In this document: one piece after another, positions 63,160 through 64,000 of the stretch
Layout: the number at the start of each line of letters is the position of its first letter
Numbering within the stretch: the first letter of the stretch is position 1
Assembly: GCF_902652985.1 (NCBI RefSeq)
Contig: NC_047019.1
Location: 25,730,001 to 25,794,000 of the forward strand
Reading direction: 5' to 3'
Length of the DNA: 64,000 nt
Source: Pecten maximus
Lineage: Eukaryota
The notes under the pieces: model-generated
Databases searched by the model: none
The model's input: the letters and a program-made list of their open reading frames with translations, nothing else
What the model was told of the DNA's origin: nothing
Made by a program: the position numbers and the translations under genes

Positions 63160-64000
63160 ATTTTAGACAGTAATACAATGTAAGAAAGAGAGACAATTGT
63201 ATACCTATAGTCCGGCCAACAAATTAAACATCTTTCACCAGTGCTTTTTATGTCTGAATGGTAAAAAGAAACGGTTATCTTAGTATAGTCATATTTTAAG
63301 TTGTATTATAACGACATGAAGGTTGTTGTGATGTGTAGTATTATCAGCTATTGACAGTTAAGGTCATTTAAGGGAAGCTCGTAAACACGATTTACAGATA
63401 CATATATAATTTACATGCTTTCATTTTATATTACAAACAATACAGATAAATATATCTAAATCATGGTTTGTTGAAGGAAACCGAAAGAAAACATACCGTC
63501 GGTGCGTTGATAACATACAATTCCAGGTCCGATCAGGAAATTGCATCCCGACTGCCTTGGCGATTGTACATGGTATCCAATGCACCCACGGTACAAAGAA
63601 CAATTGCAGGTAGTTCATGTTTATGAATCCTTTTTACCAGCGTACAATATGTCTAAAAGTTCCAGCCTAATGGTATGAAAACATTCCATTCAGAGATGAC
63701 AATAGTGTTCTTTCTGATAAGAAAATGCTTCCTGGCTTAACGAACTGTTGCCTGAAGTCAAGATTTCGTGGAAACATACTTCATATCAGTGATCTCAATG
63801 GTGTTTGCGGAATAATGCTTAGAACAATTTAATTTCTTTGCTTCTTCATCCATATATTGTCATCAAATCACCAGCATAGAATAGAGAATGTTGAATGCTG
63901 TCAGCGAAATATTGTTATAGTGGTGTATCTTGTGCATATTCTCTATCTTTTAGCTGACACACAAGTTGTGTACTCTAAATAATCAATGGCGCAATTTTAT

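Noticed and set aside
63400-64000. Coding-like minus-strand stretch at the window end
   Set aside because: Frames are interrupted and no family was recognisable; it may continue outside the window.

Overview
AT-rich, intron-containing animal DNA, most likely a bivalve mollusc (judged from the cGLR type and repeat families), with one assembly gap (5209-5370). There are five genes. One is a single-coding-exon cGAS-like/Mab-21 nucleotidyltransferase (cGLR, 7463-9559, minus). The other four are multi-exon type-I membrane receptors that the ORF track shows only as fragments; I rebuilt them by hand from GT/AG sites and intron phases. Receptors A (15543-26135), B (31853-42876) and C (53382-57127) are minus-strand tandem paralogs: signal peptide, an 8-Cys divergent CUB-like domain, a Thr-rich mucin stalk, a TM helix and a cytoplasmic tail. 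B and C have multi-tyrosine inhibitory tails (two ITIMs, Csk-type YAxV motifs, a Pro-rich SH3 site). A instead has an NPxY motif and a C-terminal PDZ ligand. Receptor D (58876-63159, plus) lies head-to-head with C, has only a mucin ectodomain, and carries four YxxPhi motifs spaced exactly 14 residues apart (ITAM-like). Together they look like an invertebrate paired inhibitory/activating receptor cluster beside a cGLR; function is inferred, not shown. B and C each carry one apparent +1 frameshift. The rest is LINE fragments, a Kolobok-type MITE, Crypton-like elements, satellite-bearing non-autonomous elements, SINE pieces and minisatellites.
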